A stretch of 64,000 nt of DNA, taken from positions 5,661-69,660 of the forward strand of contig DAOLDB010000002.1 in the NCBI GenBank assembly GCA_035327565.1, in the 5' to 3' direction. Both the position numbers and the translations under genes were made by a program. The notes beneath the pieces are model-generated. The model did no database searches. It saw nothing but the letters and a program-made list of their open reading frames with translations, and was not told where the DNA came from. This stretch comes from Saprospiraceae bacterium. Its GTDB lineage: Bacteria; Bacteroidota; Bacteroidia; Chitinophagales; Saprospiraceae. Positions 39,949-48,939 of this stretch are shown one piece after another; position 1 is the stretch's first letter, and every line of letters starts with the position of its first letter.

Positions 39949-40169
39949 TGGTTTATTTTAATGGGTTGGGTACAATAAGTGTATCAATCATTGGATAAAA
40001 TCCACAGATTTCAATTACTTTTTTAAAAGAATATACTAAAGTATATAAATATTACGAATTTATTGATTATTCCAATGTAAATTATTGTATTAAATTTTGA
40101 AAAGATAATTAGGAACAGGTGTTTACTTACTGAATCCAAAACTTTATAAGAATGTATTGAAACTTAGTT

Positions 40170-40748
40170 TTATTCCAAACCCCATACTCCACCCACTTCA
40201 TCAAAGGGAATACAGCCGTGAAACACACCGGGAATGGGATCGTATTTCAGCACTTCCCGGTTAACTATTTCACTGGTGAAATAAGCCAGTACCGTCAACC
40301 CTTTAATAAAAGGATAAATGTGTTTTTGTAATGGATCTTTGATCTGGCGGGATTCTTTAGCCAGGTGTAGTAAGGTTTGATTTTTTTCTTCCGCACTTAA
40401 ATTCACAAAGTCCTTTTTCCATTGTTCCTGGGATGCGACATCGATTCTCTGTAAACCCTCTTTAAACATTCTTTGATCCTCTGGTTCATAGTTAAAGTAC
40501 ATCGCTTCATCAATACGATATCCTACGCCAGCGTCTTTGGCACCCGGAGTATCAGTTCGGGGAATAATAATTTCTGCTACTTCAACAACTAAACGTGCTT
40601 CCTTCTCACTAAAGAATCGGAGTTTATGTGCTTTGTTTTCTGACTGGCAAGATTGCATGAAAGCAACCAAAGAGCCAGAGAAGATTATACCTCCCAAGGC
40701 AAAACTACTGTTTTTTAAATAGGTACGTCGATCCATTTTACAATTCAT
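40170..40748 (-). CDS. Gluconate 2-dehydrogenase subunit-3-family protein (Tat-signal small subunit of a GMC dehydrogenase)
   Basis: 192 aa. Twin-arginine motif MDRRTYLK followed by a hydrophobic region and a possible lipobox (FMQSC). The start may be the ATG at 40736, which would lie 1 nt after the upstream stop codon. Confidence 0.7.
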   Translation of the reverse strand: MNCKMDRRTYLKNSSFALGGIIFSGSLVAFMQSCQSENKAHKLRFFSEKEARLVVEVAEIIIPRTDTPGAKDAGVGYRIDEAMYFNYEPEDQRMFKEGLQRIDVASQEQWKKDFVNLSAEEKNQTLLHLAKESRQIKDPLQKHIYPFIKGLTVLAYFTSEIVNREVLKYDPIPGVFHGCIPFDEVGGVWGLE

Positions 40749-42411
40749 TTTTCTTTAACTGTTCGAAAGCATAACCGACAGCCCTTGCGGTCAATGCCAT
40801 ATAGGTCAAAGATGGGTTCTGACATGCTGAAGATGTCATACAAGCTCCGTCAGTGACAAAAACGTTTTTTACAGCATGAATTTGATTCCACCGGTTAAGT
40901 ACAGAATCTTTTGGGTCGTAACCCATTCTGGCTGTTCCCATTTCGTGAATGCCTCCTCCGGGGTTGTTGACATGATCAAATGGTACTATATTTTTAAAAC
41001 CAGCGTTTTCAAGCATTTCAGCCGCATCATTTTGCATGTCTTTGCGCATAGCCAGTTCATTTTTCTTCCATTCTGCTTTAAGTGCCAATTGAGGCAATCC
41101 CCACATATCTTTCTTGGAAGGGTGCAGGTATGTCTTATTGTCGTGATAGGGAAGGCATTCACCAAATGAAATCAATCCCAATTTCCATAGCCCGGGGCGA
41201 AAAGATGCTTCTTTAAAAACAGCGCCAAATTCAGCCTCCCTGATCCCCCTCCACCAGGATTCCCGGCCACAACTTCCCTGGTAGGCAAAACCGCGGATGT
41301 AATGACTGCGACGAGTTTTTTCATTGATATTTTGATATCTTGGAATATAAATACCATTAGGTCTTCGGCCTTTATAGTATAAATCTAAAAATAAATCAGA
41401 GCTGCCGCTTGCGCCAGCGTAACAGTGATGATCCATCAGATTACACCCCAGCTCTCCACTGTCATTACCCATTCCATTGGGAAACCTTTCTGACGAGGAT
41501 TGCAATAGGATCTGTGTACTGCCTAATGTGGAAGCACATAGAAAAATGATCCGGGCCCCATATTCTGTCACCTCATGTGTCTCGGAATCGATGACTTCAA
41601 CTCCTGTGGCTTTTTGTGTGAGCTGATTAAAAAGGATTCGTTTTACTATGGATAAAGGGCGTAATTCCATTTTCCCAGTGGCCATGGCTGCAGGTAATGT
41701 CGATGATTGGCTGGAAAAATATGCTCCATATGGACAGCCGCGAATGCAGCGATTTCTGAACTGGCACCGTGTTCTCCCTGGCAGATCGCGAGTGAGATTT
41801 GCCACTCTGCCCATAGTGACGATACGATCATTGTATTTATCACGTATCCGGTCGACAAAATGCTCTTCTATGCAAAAATAATCCATTGGGGGTAAAAATT
41901 GTCCATCCGGCAAGTGAGGGATACCTTCTGCCTTGCCACTCACTCCAATATACTTTTCAACATAATCATACCATGGGGCGATTTCGTTATAACGTATAGG
42001 CCAATCCACTCCAACACCCTCTTTGGCATTGGCTTCAAAATCCAGATCACTCCACCGGTATACCTGCCTTCCCCACATCAATGAACGACCTCCTACATGA
42101 TTGCCTCTGATCCAATCAAAAGGATGATCTTCATGGTAAGGATGTTCCTTGTCTCTGACCCATAAGTGTTGGGTAGCGTGATCAATATAGCCGGCTCTTC
42201 TTTGTACAGGATATTCCAGCAGCTCTTCTCTTGAAAGTTTTCCATTGTTAGGAAGATCCCAGGAATCCATGTTGGCTGTCGGGTATTCTCCATGTTGAAT
42301 ATTACGGCCTCTGTCCAGAACCAATGTATGCAATCCTTTTTCGCACAATTCTTTGGCTGCCCAGCCTCCTGTGATTCCGGTACCAATGACTATTGCATCG
42401 TACATTTTCAT
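40738..42411 (-). CDS. GMC-family FAD oxidoreductase (large catalytic subunit)
   Basis: 557 aa. N-terminal YDAIVIGTGITGGWAAKEL Rossmann motif and C-terminal GMC region HEMGTARMG...NVFVTDGA. It has no signal peptide of its own. Confidence 0.85.
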   Translation of the reverse strand: MKMYDAIVIGTGITGGWAAKELCEKGLHTLVLDRGRNIQHGEYPTANMDSWDLPNNGKLSREELLEYPVQRRAGYIDHATQHLWVRDKEHPYHEDHPFDWIRGNHVGGRSLMWGRQVYRWSDLDFEANAKEGVGVDWPIRYNEIAPWYDYVEKYIGVSGKAEGIPHLPDGQFLPPMDYFCIEEHFVDRIRDKYNDRIVTMGRVANLTRDLPGRTRCQFRNRCIRGCPYGAYFSSQSSTLPAAMATGKMELRPLSIVKRILFNQLTQKATGVEVIDSETHEVTEYGARIIFLCASTLGSTQILLQSSSERFPNGMGNDSGELGCNLMDHHCYAGASGSSDLFLDLYYKGRRPNGIYIPRYQNINEKTRRSHYIRGFAYQGSCGRESWWRGIREAEFGAVFKEASFRPGLWKLGLISFGECLPYHDNKTYLHPSKKDMWGLPQLALKAEWKKNELAMRKDMQNDAAEMLENAGFKNIVPFDHVNNPGGGIHEMGTARMGYDPKDSVLNRWNQIHAVKNVFVTDGACMTSSACQNPSLTYMALTARAVGYAFEQLKKNEL

Positions 42412-42472
42412 AAATTGAAAATAAATGAATTAACGATTTTTCAAAAAGAAATGAGGAAATTATTATCCTTTC

Positions 42473-42895
42473 TTACCGGAAAACAAAATACCTGTTGACA
42501 AAAAAATTGAACAATATACCCACAAGAATGGCTACTATGAAACGACTTTCTATAAAGGTCACATTAAAATTTTCCTTAAAAAGAAACACGCCGGCAGTAT
42601 TGGCAAACAGACTAAATGAATTGGTCAATACAAATTTAATGGCTTGCCTTGAAAGATTTCCCTGTTTATTTAAAAAAGCCCAGTTTCTTCCCAATGTAAA
42701 AGATGTATATGCTCCCAACAATGCACCTAAAAAGGTAGAGGTGACGTAATAAACACCTAATAACTGATAGAGTAATATCGATGCGATAAAATCGGATGTG
42801 GTTGCAGCCATGCTCACAATTTGTGCTCTAACAAAGGATTTTCTCAACGAAGGTCTTTGATGAGCTACGATGTTTTGTGTATAGCCTTTTTTCAT
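42473..42895 (-). CDS. GtrA-family membrane protein
   Basis: 140 aa with four predicted TM helices. C-terminal NRYFVF is typical of the GtrA family. It overlaps the upstream gene by 4 nt (ATGA). Confidence 0.7.
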   Translation of the reverse strand: MKKGYTQNIVAHQRPSLRKSFVRAQIVSMAATTSDFIASILLYQLLGVYYVTSTFLGALLGAYTSFTLGRNWAFLNKQGNLSRQAIKFVLTNSFSLFANTAGVFLFKENFNVTFIESRFIVAILVGILFNFFVNRYFVFR

Positions 42896-43374
42896 GTCAT
42901 CAGATAAAACCAGGTTTGGAGAATTATATTTGTATACACGCCGGCGAGAAAATCGTCCAGCATAACCGAATGACTGGTCTTCATCCGATCCAAAATTTTG
43001 ATTCCCAAAGGCTTTACAATATCAAAAAACCTGAATAATACGAATGCAGCCAATAGATAGTATAAGTTTAAAACCGGCAGGAATAATATAGCAACCCAGA
43101 TGCCCATCACCTCATCGATTACAATTTTTGAAGAATCATGTCCCCACACCTCTTCAAGGCGTTCGGAGACGTAAACCCCGATGCCATATGAAATAATAAT
43201 CAGGAATAAGTGGATGTAATGAATATCCCACAATTCAAATTTCATCAAAATGAATAAGCAAGAGATAACCATTCCACCTATTGTGCCCCAGGTACCAGGC
43301 GCATAAGGCAAAAATCCCAATCCGAAAAAGGATGCCAGTGTTTTTTCAAGTTTATAATTCTTTACCTTGTTCAT
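42892..43374 (-). CDS. pgpA: PgpA-family phosphatase (phosphatidylglycerophosphatase A-like; candidate phosphatidylinositol-phosphate phosphatase)
   Basis: 160 aa. PgpA motifs GLGFLPYAPGTWGT, VIDEVMG and FRFFDIVKP. Confidence 0.8.
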   Translation of the reverse strand: MNKVKNYKLEKTLASFFGLGFLPYAPGTWGTIGGMVISCLFILMKFELWDIHYIHLFLIIISYGIGVYVSERLEEVWGHDSSKIVIDEVMGIWVAILFLPVLNLYYLLAAFVLFRFFDIVKPLGIKILDRMKTSHSVMLDDFLAGVYTNIILQTWFYLMT

Positions 43375-43382
43375 TTAGATAA

Positions 43383-44684
43383 TTATTCATAATCTTGCCC
43401 AAGATGAGTGATGAGATCCTCACCGGCAATATAGCGTAAGGTATTTTCCAGTTTGTGCAGTTGTTTGAAAATATCGTGGATCGGTGGTACATTGTTCAGA
43501 GGCTGCGGAGACTTAAGGTAAAATGATAACCACTCCTGCACTCCACCCATTCCTGCTCTTTTGGCTAAATCCAAAAATAATGCGAGATCCAATACAATGG
43601 GGGCTGCAAGGATTGAGTCACGGCACAAAAAGTCTACTTTGATTTGCATTGGATAATTGAGCCATCCTCTGATATCAATATTGTCCCATCCCTCTTTATT
43701 GTCTCCCCGGGGAGGGTAATAGTTGATTCTGACTTTATGATAGAGATTACCATATAACTCAGGATAAAGTCCGGGTTCAAATATTTGCTCCAAAACACCT
43801 AATTTGGATACCTCTTTGGTTTTAAAGTTTTCAGGGTCATCCAGTACTTCACCATCCCGGTTGCCTAAAATATTGGTAGAAAACCATCCTTCCACCCCCA
43901 ATGCTCGCGATTTAAGACCTGGCGCAATGATGGTTTTCATAAGCGTCTGGCCTGTTTTAAAATCTTTCCCTGCAATGGGTGTATTGGTCATTTTTGCAAG
44001 CTCAACCAGTGCAGGGATATCGCATGACAGGTTTGGAGCTCCATTCGCATAGGGGACTCCTGATTTAATGGCGGCATATGCATAGATCATACTTGGAGGG
44101 ATGTCCGGATGATTATTTCTCAGTCCGTTTTCCAATAATTCCAGGGATCTGTGTACTTCGCTTTCTTTAATATATATTTCAGTGGAGCCACACCAGACCA
44201 TTACGATCCGGTCGCATTGGTTTTCATTCTTAAAAGTTTTGATGTCTTCCATCAAAGCCTCTGCGAGTTCCATTTTATTTTTTCCTTCTTTAATAAAGTG
44301 ACCATTTAATCGTTTCACATAGTTGTGATCAAATACGGCTTTCATTGGTCTGATATTTTCCAGTGGTTTCCTGATTTTTCGCAGCAGATCCATTTCTAGA
44401 ACCTGTGCGTGCACTGCAGATTCATACACATTGTCCTCATATAGATCCCACCCACCAAAAACAATCTTATTCAGGGGTTGAAGAGGAACTAACTCATGAA
44501 TGAAAGGTTGTTTTTTCTCAGTTCTTTTTCCTAATCTGATTCGACCCATTTGAGTCAATGATCCGATGGGTAGAGCTAACCCTTTGTTGATTGCAATAGT
44601 TCCGGCTATAGTAGTAGTTGCCACTGCGCCCAATCCTGGCAACAGAATCCCCAGTTTGCCTTGAGTTTTTTTTAATTTTTTCAT
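43383..44684 (-). CDS. ino1: myo-Inositol-3-phosphate synthase (MIPS)
   Basis: 433 aa. N-terminal LGILLPGLGAVATT NAD-binding motif. Overall length is typical of bacterial/archaeal MIPS, with the conserved ...NILGNRDG... segment. Confidence 0.88.
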   Translation of the reverse strand: MKKLKKTQGKLGILLPGLGAVATTTIAGTIAINKGLALPIGSLTQMGRIRLGKRTEKKQPFIHELVPLQPLNKIVFGGWDLYEDNVYESAVHAQVLEMDLLRKIRKPLENIRPMKAVFDHNYVKRLNGHFIKEGKNKMELAEALMEDIKTFKNENQCDRIVMVWCGSTEIYIKESEVHRSLELLENGLRNNHPDIPPSMIYAYAAIKSGVPYANGAPNLSCDIPALVELAKMTNTPIAGKDFKTGQTLMKTIIAPGLKSRALGVEGWFSTNILGNRDGEVLDDPENFKTKEVSKLGVLEQIFEPGLYPELYGNLYHKVRINYYPPRGDNKEGWDNIDIRGWLNYPMQIKVDFLCRDSILAAPIVLDLALFLDLAKRAGMGGVQEWLSFYLKSPQPLNNVPPIHDIFKQLHKLENTLRYIAGEDLITHLGQDYE

Positions 44685-44815
44685 CTTTTAATTATGGTTT
44701 TATTTTAATCCAACAGAGTACTCCAATAATGCTGTTGATCAGCGATGCTACATAATGCGATTTGCCATTAAATCATTGCATCAAATGTCAAATTATTTTT
44801 TTTATTTATTCATGT

Positions 44816-45748
44816 TCATTCTTTAAGAATAAATTGCAGGTATTTATCGTACAAATGAGTAAGTATTTTTGGATATAGCCATTTTTCATAAATTAATATG
44901 GCCATCAAAGCACAACCTAAACCTATAAGAATATCAATCAGATAGTGGTGAAAAGTGTAAACAGCTGCAAACCATATTCCGAACACATTAAAAGCCAGCA
45001 GTATGGAAGTCCATTTCATTTTTTTAATACCTGAATAATACAGTGCAACGACCGGATAGGCAGCATGTAATGAGGGTATGGCAGCAAATATGTTTGAATT
45101 TTTAGTATACATGTCTGTAAATAATGGCCATCCTATCCAGTGATCAAATCGATTGAGTAAAGCCGGATCTCCGGGAAGATTCAAAATCAATTCCGTTCCG
45201 TAGCGATCAAAATACCAGGGGGGGGCTGCCGGATACGAATAATATATGATAAATCCAATGATGTTGGTAAATAGATAAGCACCACTATATCGCAATAAAT
45301 GTTTTTTATCAGTAAGGAAAAAATAAAATGCCAATAGCATTGGTATAGGTACCCAGGTTAGATAGAAGAGCCCACTGATGATATCCAAAAATTTATTGGA
45401 GTTTATCCGGAAATATTCATTCAAAGTAAGTACGTCATCACCCGAGGGAATACCAAATAGAAATTTTTCCAAATTATAAGGCGGTGCAATATGTACATCT
45501 CCAAATGAGTAGTTTGGATAAACTCGTAGAGAATCATAAATTATCCAGAAAATGGCAAAGAATATAAAACAATAAAAGAAGTAACGGGTTTGACGATGAA
45601 AAATGACTAAAAAAATAATCAGAATAAGAAAAAATGCATGATCAGCACGGAAACCTACTATCATTCCGGTCCATAAGGCATACAGGAGACTGAAAAGAAA
45701 GATAAAAATAAAATGCTTCTTTCCAGGGCTAAAAAAGTGGGTTTTCAA
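44816..45748 (-). CDS. PAP2-superfamily integral membrane protein, inositol-phosphorylceramide-synthase-like (Aur1/SMS-type)
   Basis: 310 aa, polytopic. PAP2 C2/C3-type motifs PSLHAAYP and HHYLIDILIG. Located between MIPS and a CDP-alcohol phosphatidyltransferase. Confidence 0.6.
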   Translation of the reverse strand: MKTHFFSPGKKHFIFIFLFSLLYALWTGMIVGFRADHAFFLILIIFLVIFHRQTRYFFYCFIFFAIFWIIYDSLRVYPNYSFGDVHIAPPYNLEKFLFGIPSGDDVLTLNEYFRINSNKFLDIISGLFYLTWVPIPMLLAFYFFLTDKKHLLRYSGAYLFTNIIGFIIYYSYPAAPPWYFDRYGTELILNLPGDPALLNRFDHWIGWPLFTDMYTKNSNIFAAIPSLHAAYPVVALYYSGIKKMKWTSILLAFNVFGIWFAAVYTFHHYLIDILIGLGCALMAILIYEKWLYPKILTHLYDKYLQFILKE

Positions 45749-45784
45749 TGGCAGTCAAAGCTTTGGTTAGTTAGATATTTGTGG

Positions 45785-46501
45785 TTAATGAAAGGGTTTG
45801 TATAGTTGTTTTTTGGCATTTACCAATCGATTGATTGCGGTAATATTGGCCATAATAGCCAATATGAAAATAGGTAAGGAAAAGAAAGTAATGTTCTCTA
45901 TTAACGGAAATGAAAATCCAGGAAATGTAATTTTAAATTCCTGACCCAATATTTCAGACATGATTCCACAAAGAATCGCACTCATACCTATGAGCAAAAT
46001 TCTTTCAGGTCTTTGCATAAATCCCACATCAGCCATTTTCAAACCAAGACCTTCAGCTCTGGCTCTCGTATATGAAACCATGACAGAACCTATCAAGGCT
46101 ATAAATGCAAAAATTGAACTCAAAAGATAGCCATGAGCGACCAAATAGTAACATATGCCAAGAAACATGACCATCTCACTATACCTGTCAATGACAGAAT
46201 CGAATAGCGCGCCGTATTTAGAGGACATATTACCTACCCTGGCCATGCGTCCATCGATCATGTCCATCAAACCAGCCAATAGTATGACTATGCCTGCTAA
46301 GCCGACCGTATTGTGGTCATTCCTGTGCCCGGTTTCAGCACCATATATCAATATAACTGTGGCGATTATATTGATAAATAATCCTGCAAAAGTTATATGA
46401 TTTGGGGTAACACCAATTTTTATTCCCCAACGCACCGCAGGATCAACCCATTGATAGACAAGTGCCTGACCGGAGCTTTTCCAATCCCAATTTAAATTCA
46501 T
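45785..46501 (-). CDS. CDP-alcohol phosphatidyltransferase (candidate phosphatidylinositol-phosphate synthase)
   Basis: 238 aa. Family signature D.IDGRMAR.....S.YGALFDSVIDR (D-G-x2-A-R-x8-G-x3-D-x3-D). Confidence 0.85.
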   Translation of the reverse strand: MNLNWDWKSSGQALVYQWVDPAVRWGIKIGVTPNHITFAGLFINIIATVILIYGAETGHRNDHNTVGLAGIVILLAGLMDMIDGRMARVGNMSSKYGALFDSVIDRYSEMVMFLGICYYLVAHGYLLSSIFAFIALIGSVMVSYTRARAEGLGLKMADVGFMQRPERILLIGMSAILCGIMSEILGQEFKITFPGFSFPLIENITFFSLPIFILAIMANITAINRLVNAKKQLYKPFH

Positions 46502-46520
46502 TGTTTGCTTAAAGTTAAAG

Positions 46521-46528
46521 CAAAGTTA
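46521..46528 (-). promoter_or_regulatory. Candidate -7 promoter box (TAACTTTG on the minus strand) for the inositol-lipid operon
   Basis: The reverse complement of CAAAGTTA is TAACTTTG, which matches TAnnTTTG. It lies about 20 nt upstream of the ATG at 46501, giving the short leader usual in Bacteroidota. Confidence 0.35.
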
Positions 46529-46825
46529 ACCAATATTGAATACAATAGGAAATTATTAATAAATGCTTTTTTTAAGGAATGGAATAAAATAAGATGGGAA
46601 CGTGAATTGCATTTATAAGCAATAAAGGAGAGTCGCAAGCATCTTTTGATCTTTAAATATAAAAGCCATTCAAAAAATCCTGAAATTTCTCCATGGATTC
46701 GAAATTTTTTGATCGATTTGATTCACAAATTCTGTTGTATAGGAAGGCCTTGCTATGTGTGAATAAATTTCATGTTTAATTTCCCTTTACTTTTTAGGTG
46801 TTGCTTGATTTTTTGTATGAAAACA

Positions 46826-47000
46826 GGGATAGTGGCTACCCACCACACTAAACCTACTATGACTTAGTTTTTTGGCAAAATAAATAAAGGGTAGTGGGTT
46901 CCCCGCAAACCTAAAAATCACTGACTTGCTTTTTTGGCAAAATAAAAAAAGGGTAGCGGGTTCCCCGCAAACCTAAAAATCACTGACTTACTTTTTTGGC
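46826..47000. repeat. Tandem triplication (period 62-63 bp) of a gene 3' end plus terminator module
   Basis: Units at 46826-46876 (degenerate), 46889-46938 and 46951-47000. The last two are identical at 48 of 50 positions (GGGTAG(T/C)GGGTTCCCCGCAAACCTAAAAATCACTGACTT(G/A)CTTTTTTGGC). The third unit contains the stop codon and last 6 codons of the CDS 46980-47456. Confidence 0.85.
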
Positions 47001-47456
47001 TTTTTCCAGTTTGAACATCAAGGAATTGATATCATCTGCATTCAGGTAAAGAATACCGGTAAGCACCACGGGATCAGCAGTATATTTTACTGGTTCAGAA
47101 GCAACCACTTCCATGACAGTTTCAGGACCTGCGCCTCCACAAAAAAAGCACATATTATAGGGATAGGCAGAAAAGATAAACTCATGATGTGATTTATAAC
47201 CTTCAACAGGAATAATATACCCTTTCACACTGACTTCTTTCCCTTCCAGTTCTTTAATGGCGTTGCTGAAAACGGGTTTATCTATTTTAAATCCTAAAAA
47301 TTCATCAAACTCTTTTTTGTAGGTAATTTTCGCCAAAGTTTTCCATAAGTTTTGTTCTCCACCATTTTGAGCATAGGATATGGAGGTAAGTAATATCAGA
47401 GAAAATGCAGCAATCAGTCCTTTTTTTAAGTTATAGTTCATCCTTTCCTTTTTCAT
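46980..47456 (-). CDS. Secreted hypothetical protein, DUF3299-like
   Basis: 158 aa with signal peptide (LIAAFSLILLTSISYAQ). The layout ...L.GKEV.VKGYIIPVE......EFIFSAYPYNMCFFCGGAGPETVMEV resembles DUF3299 proteins that accompany FtsX-type ABC transporters. This is a by-eye assignment. Confidence 0.45.
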   Translation of the reverse strand: MKKERMNYNLKKGLIAAFSLILLTSISYAQNGGEQNLWKTLAKITYKKEFDEFLGFKIDKPVFSNAIKELEGKEVSVKGYIIPVEGYKSHHEFIFSAYPYNMCFFCGGAGPETVMEVVASEPVKYTADPVVLTGILYLNADDINSLMFKLEKAKKVSQ

Positions 47457-47539
47457 ATTAAAAATTGCTTCTTAAACAAATGTTGAAGCATATGAGTTGC
47501 ATTTTTTGCAAGTATAATTATTCCTTCCATATAAAAATG

Positions 47540-47555
47540 GCGCTTTTTCAAGCGC
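47540..47555 (-). terminator. Candidate rho-independent terminator after the ABC permease gene
   Basis: On the minus strand, GCGCTT-GAAA-AAGCGC is followed by CATTTTTAT. It lies 94 nt downstream of the permease stop. Confidence 0.5.
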
Positions 47556-47648
47556 AAAGATGAGAAAGACAAGGACAAAGATCGCAAACCGAACAATTTT
47601 TTTAAAATTAATTAAGCAAGAAAATCAATTGGGTACCGGTTTGTTTAC

Positions 47649-48938
47649 CTATTGGCCTGACAATGTTTCATGAATATCTGTGCGGTATGCACCCACTGCA
47701 GGAATGAGTGCAGCAATAAAACCTATAAGTAATGAAAGAAGGAGCAGTCCCCATTCTTCGCGAAGCCAGGTCCATCCTGTCAACACATATCGAAAATCTG
47801 CTTTGAGATAATTGGCGAGGATTTCCATAGAACCATGACTTAAAAGGGTACCTGTAACAAAACCAATGACAGCGAGAATCAATCCTTCTAATATTACCAA
47901 TAAAAACAATTGATTTTTGCTTCCACCCAAAACTCTGATTAATGCAAGTTCGTACTTTCTTTCCCGAAGACTTTTGAGTAGAAAAATAAAAATGCTGATG
48001 GCAGAAACAAATGCGATTAAAATGGCGAGGCTTCTCAATGCATTGGTTCCGGTACCCATCATGGCGTATAACCGGTTGATCTCATATGCCGGATTGGCAG
48101 CTTGCATATCTGTATTTTCATTGATATTTCTTGGAAGATTCAATGCCTGAAAATTGGTTCTGTTTCTGTATTTTACCAAAATAGATGTAATGTCCAGATC
48201 TTGATATGACAGTAAAATTTCACGTTGATTGGTGTCTTCATAATGATAATGTACTGTATCGCTGCTGTGAGGTAGGTGACGATGTTCGTCCGTGGATGCT
48301 GAGTCATCGCCATTATGATCATGAGATAACCAAACACTACTGTTTGCGGTAAGAATCAATTGATCAACTACATTGCCGGAAGGTTTCAGTATACCTGTAA
48401 CCCGAAAGGCGTGATGATCATGGGTCATATCTTCTGCATCAATAAATCCATGAGAGCTGAAAAAGGTATCGCCAATTTTTAATTCTGTCTGATCAGCCAC
48501 TCTTTTTCCCAGGGTTACTTCCATTTCTCTTCCCCACAATTCACCTTCCCATATTTCTGCATTATATAATTCCAAAAATCTGTGATCGGTACCTACAATT
48601 CGAAATCCTTTGTAATTATCCCCAAGTGAAAGGGGTATAGCCTGTGCGATGAGGGGGTGACCGTCCCTGAGAAAAGGGGTAGCTGATTGAATAGAAATAT
48701 TTCCCGTTGGGGCGTCAATGTGGTACATGTTGCACAAAATCATTTGGAGCGGACTTCCTTTGGCACCGATCACCAGGTCTATGCCAGCCAGGTTGGCATC
48801 AAATTGTTCTTTGATTTGGGTATTGACAAGCAGTAAAAAACTAATTAGCCCTATTCCCAAAGCAAATAAAATAACACTAAGCAGGAGGTTTAGAGGTTTC
48901 GAAACAATATTTTTATATGCCAGTTTGAAGATATTCAT
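47649..48938 (-). CDS. ABC transporter permease, FtsX/MacB type, with a histidine-rich periplasmic domain
   Basis: 429 aa. One N-terminal TM helix, a large extracytoplasmic domain, and three C-terminal TM helices of the FtsX fold. His-rich stretches HGFIDAEDMTHDHHAF and SHDHNGDDSASTDEHRHLPHSSDTVHYHY. Confidence 0.82.
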   Translation of the reverse strand: MNIFKLAYKNIVSKPLNLLLSVILFALGIGLISFLLLVNTQIKEQFDANLAGIDLVIGAKGSPLQMILCNMYHIDAPTGNISIQSATPFLRDGHPLIAQAIPLSLGDNYKGFRIVGTDHRFLELYNAEIWEGELWGREMEVTLGKRVADQTELKIGDTFFSSHGFIDAEDMTHDHHAFRVTGILKPSGNVVDQLILTANSSVWLSHDHNGDDSASTDEHRHLPHSSDTVHYHYEDTNQREILLSYQDLDITSILVKYRNRTNFQALNLPRNINENTDMQAANPAYEINRLYAMMGTGTNALRSLAILIAFVSAISIFIFLLKSLRERKYELALIRVLGGSKNQLFLLVILEGLILAVIGFVTGTLLSHGSMEILANYLKADFRYVLTGWTWLREEWGLLLLSLLIGFIAALIPAVGAYRTDIHETLSGQ

Positions 48939-48939
48939 A

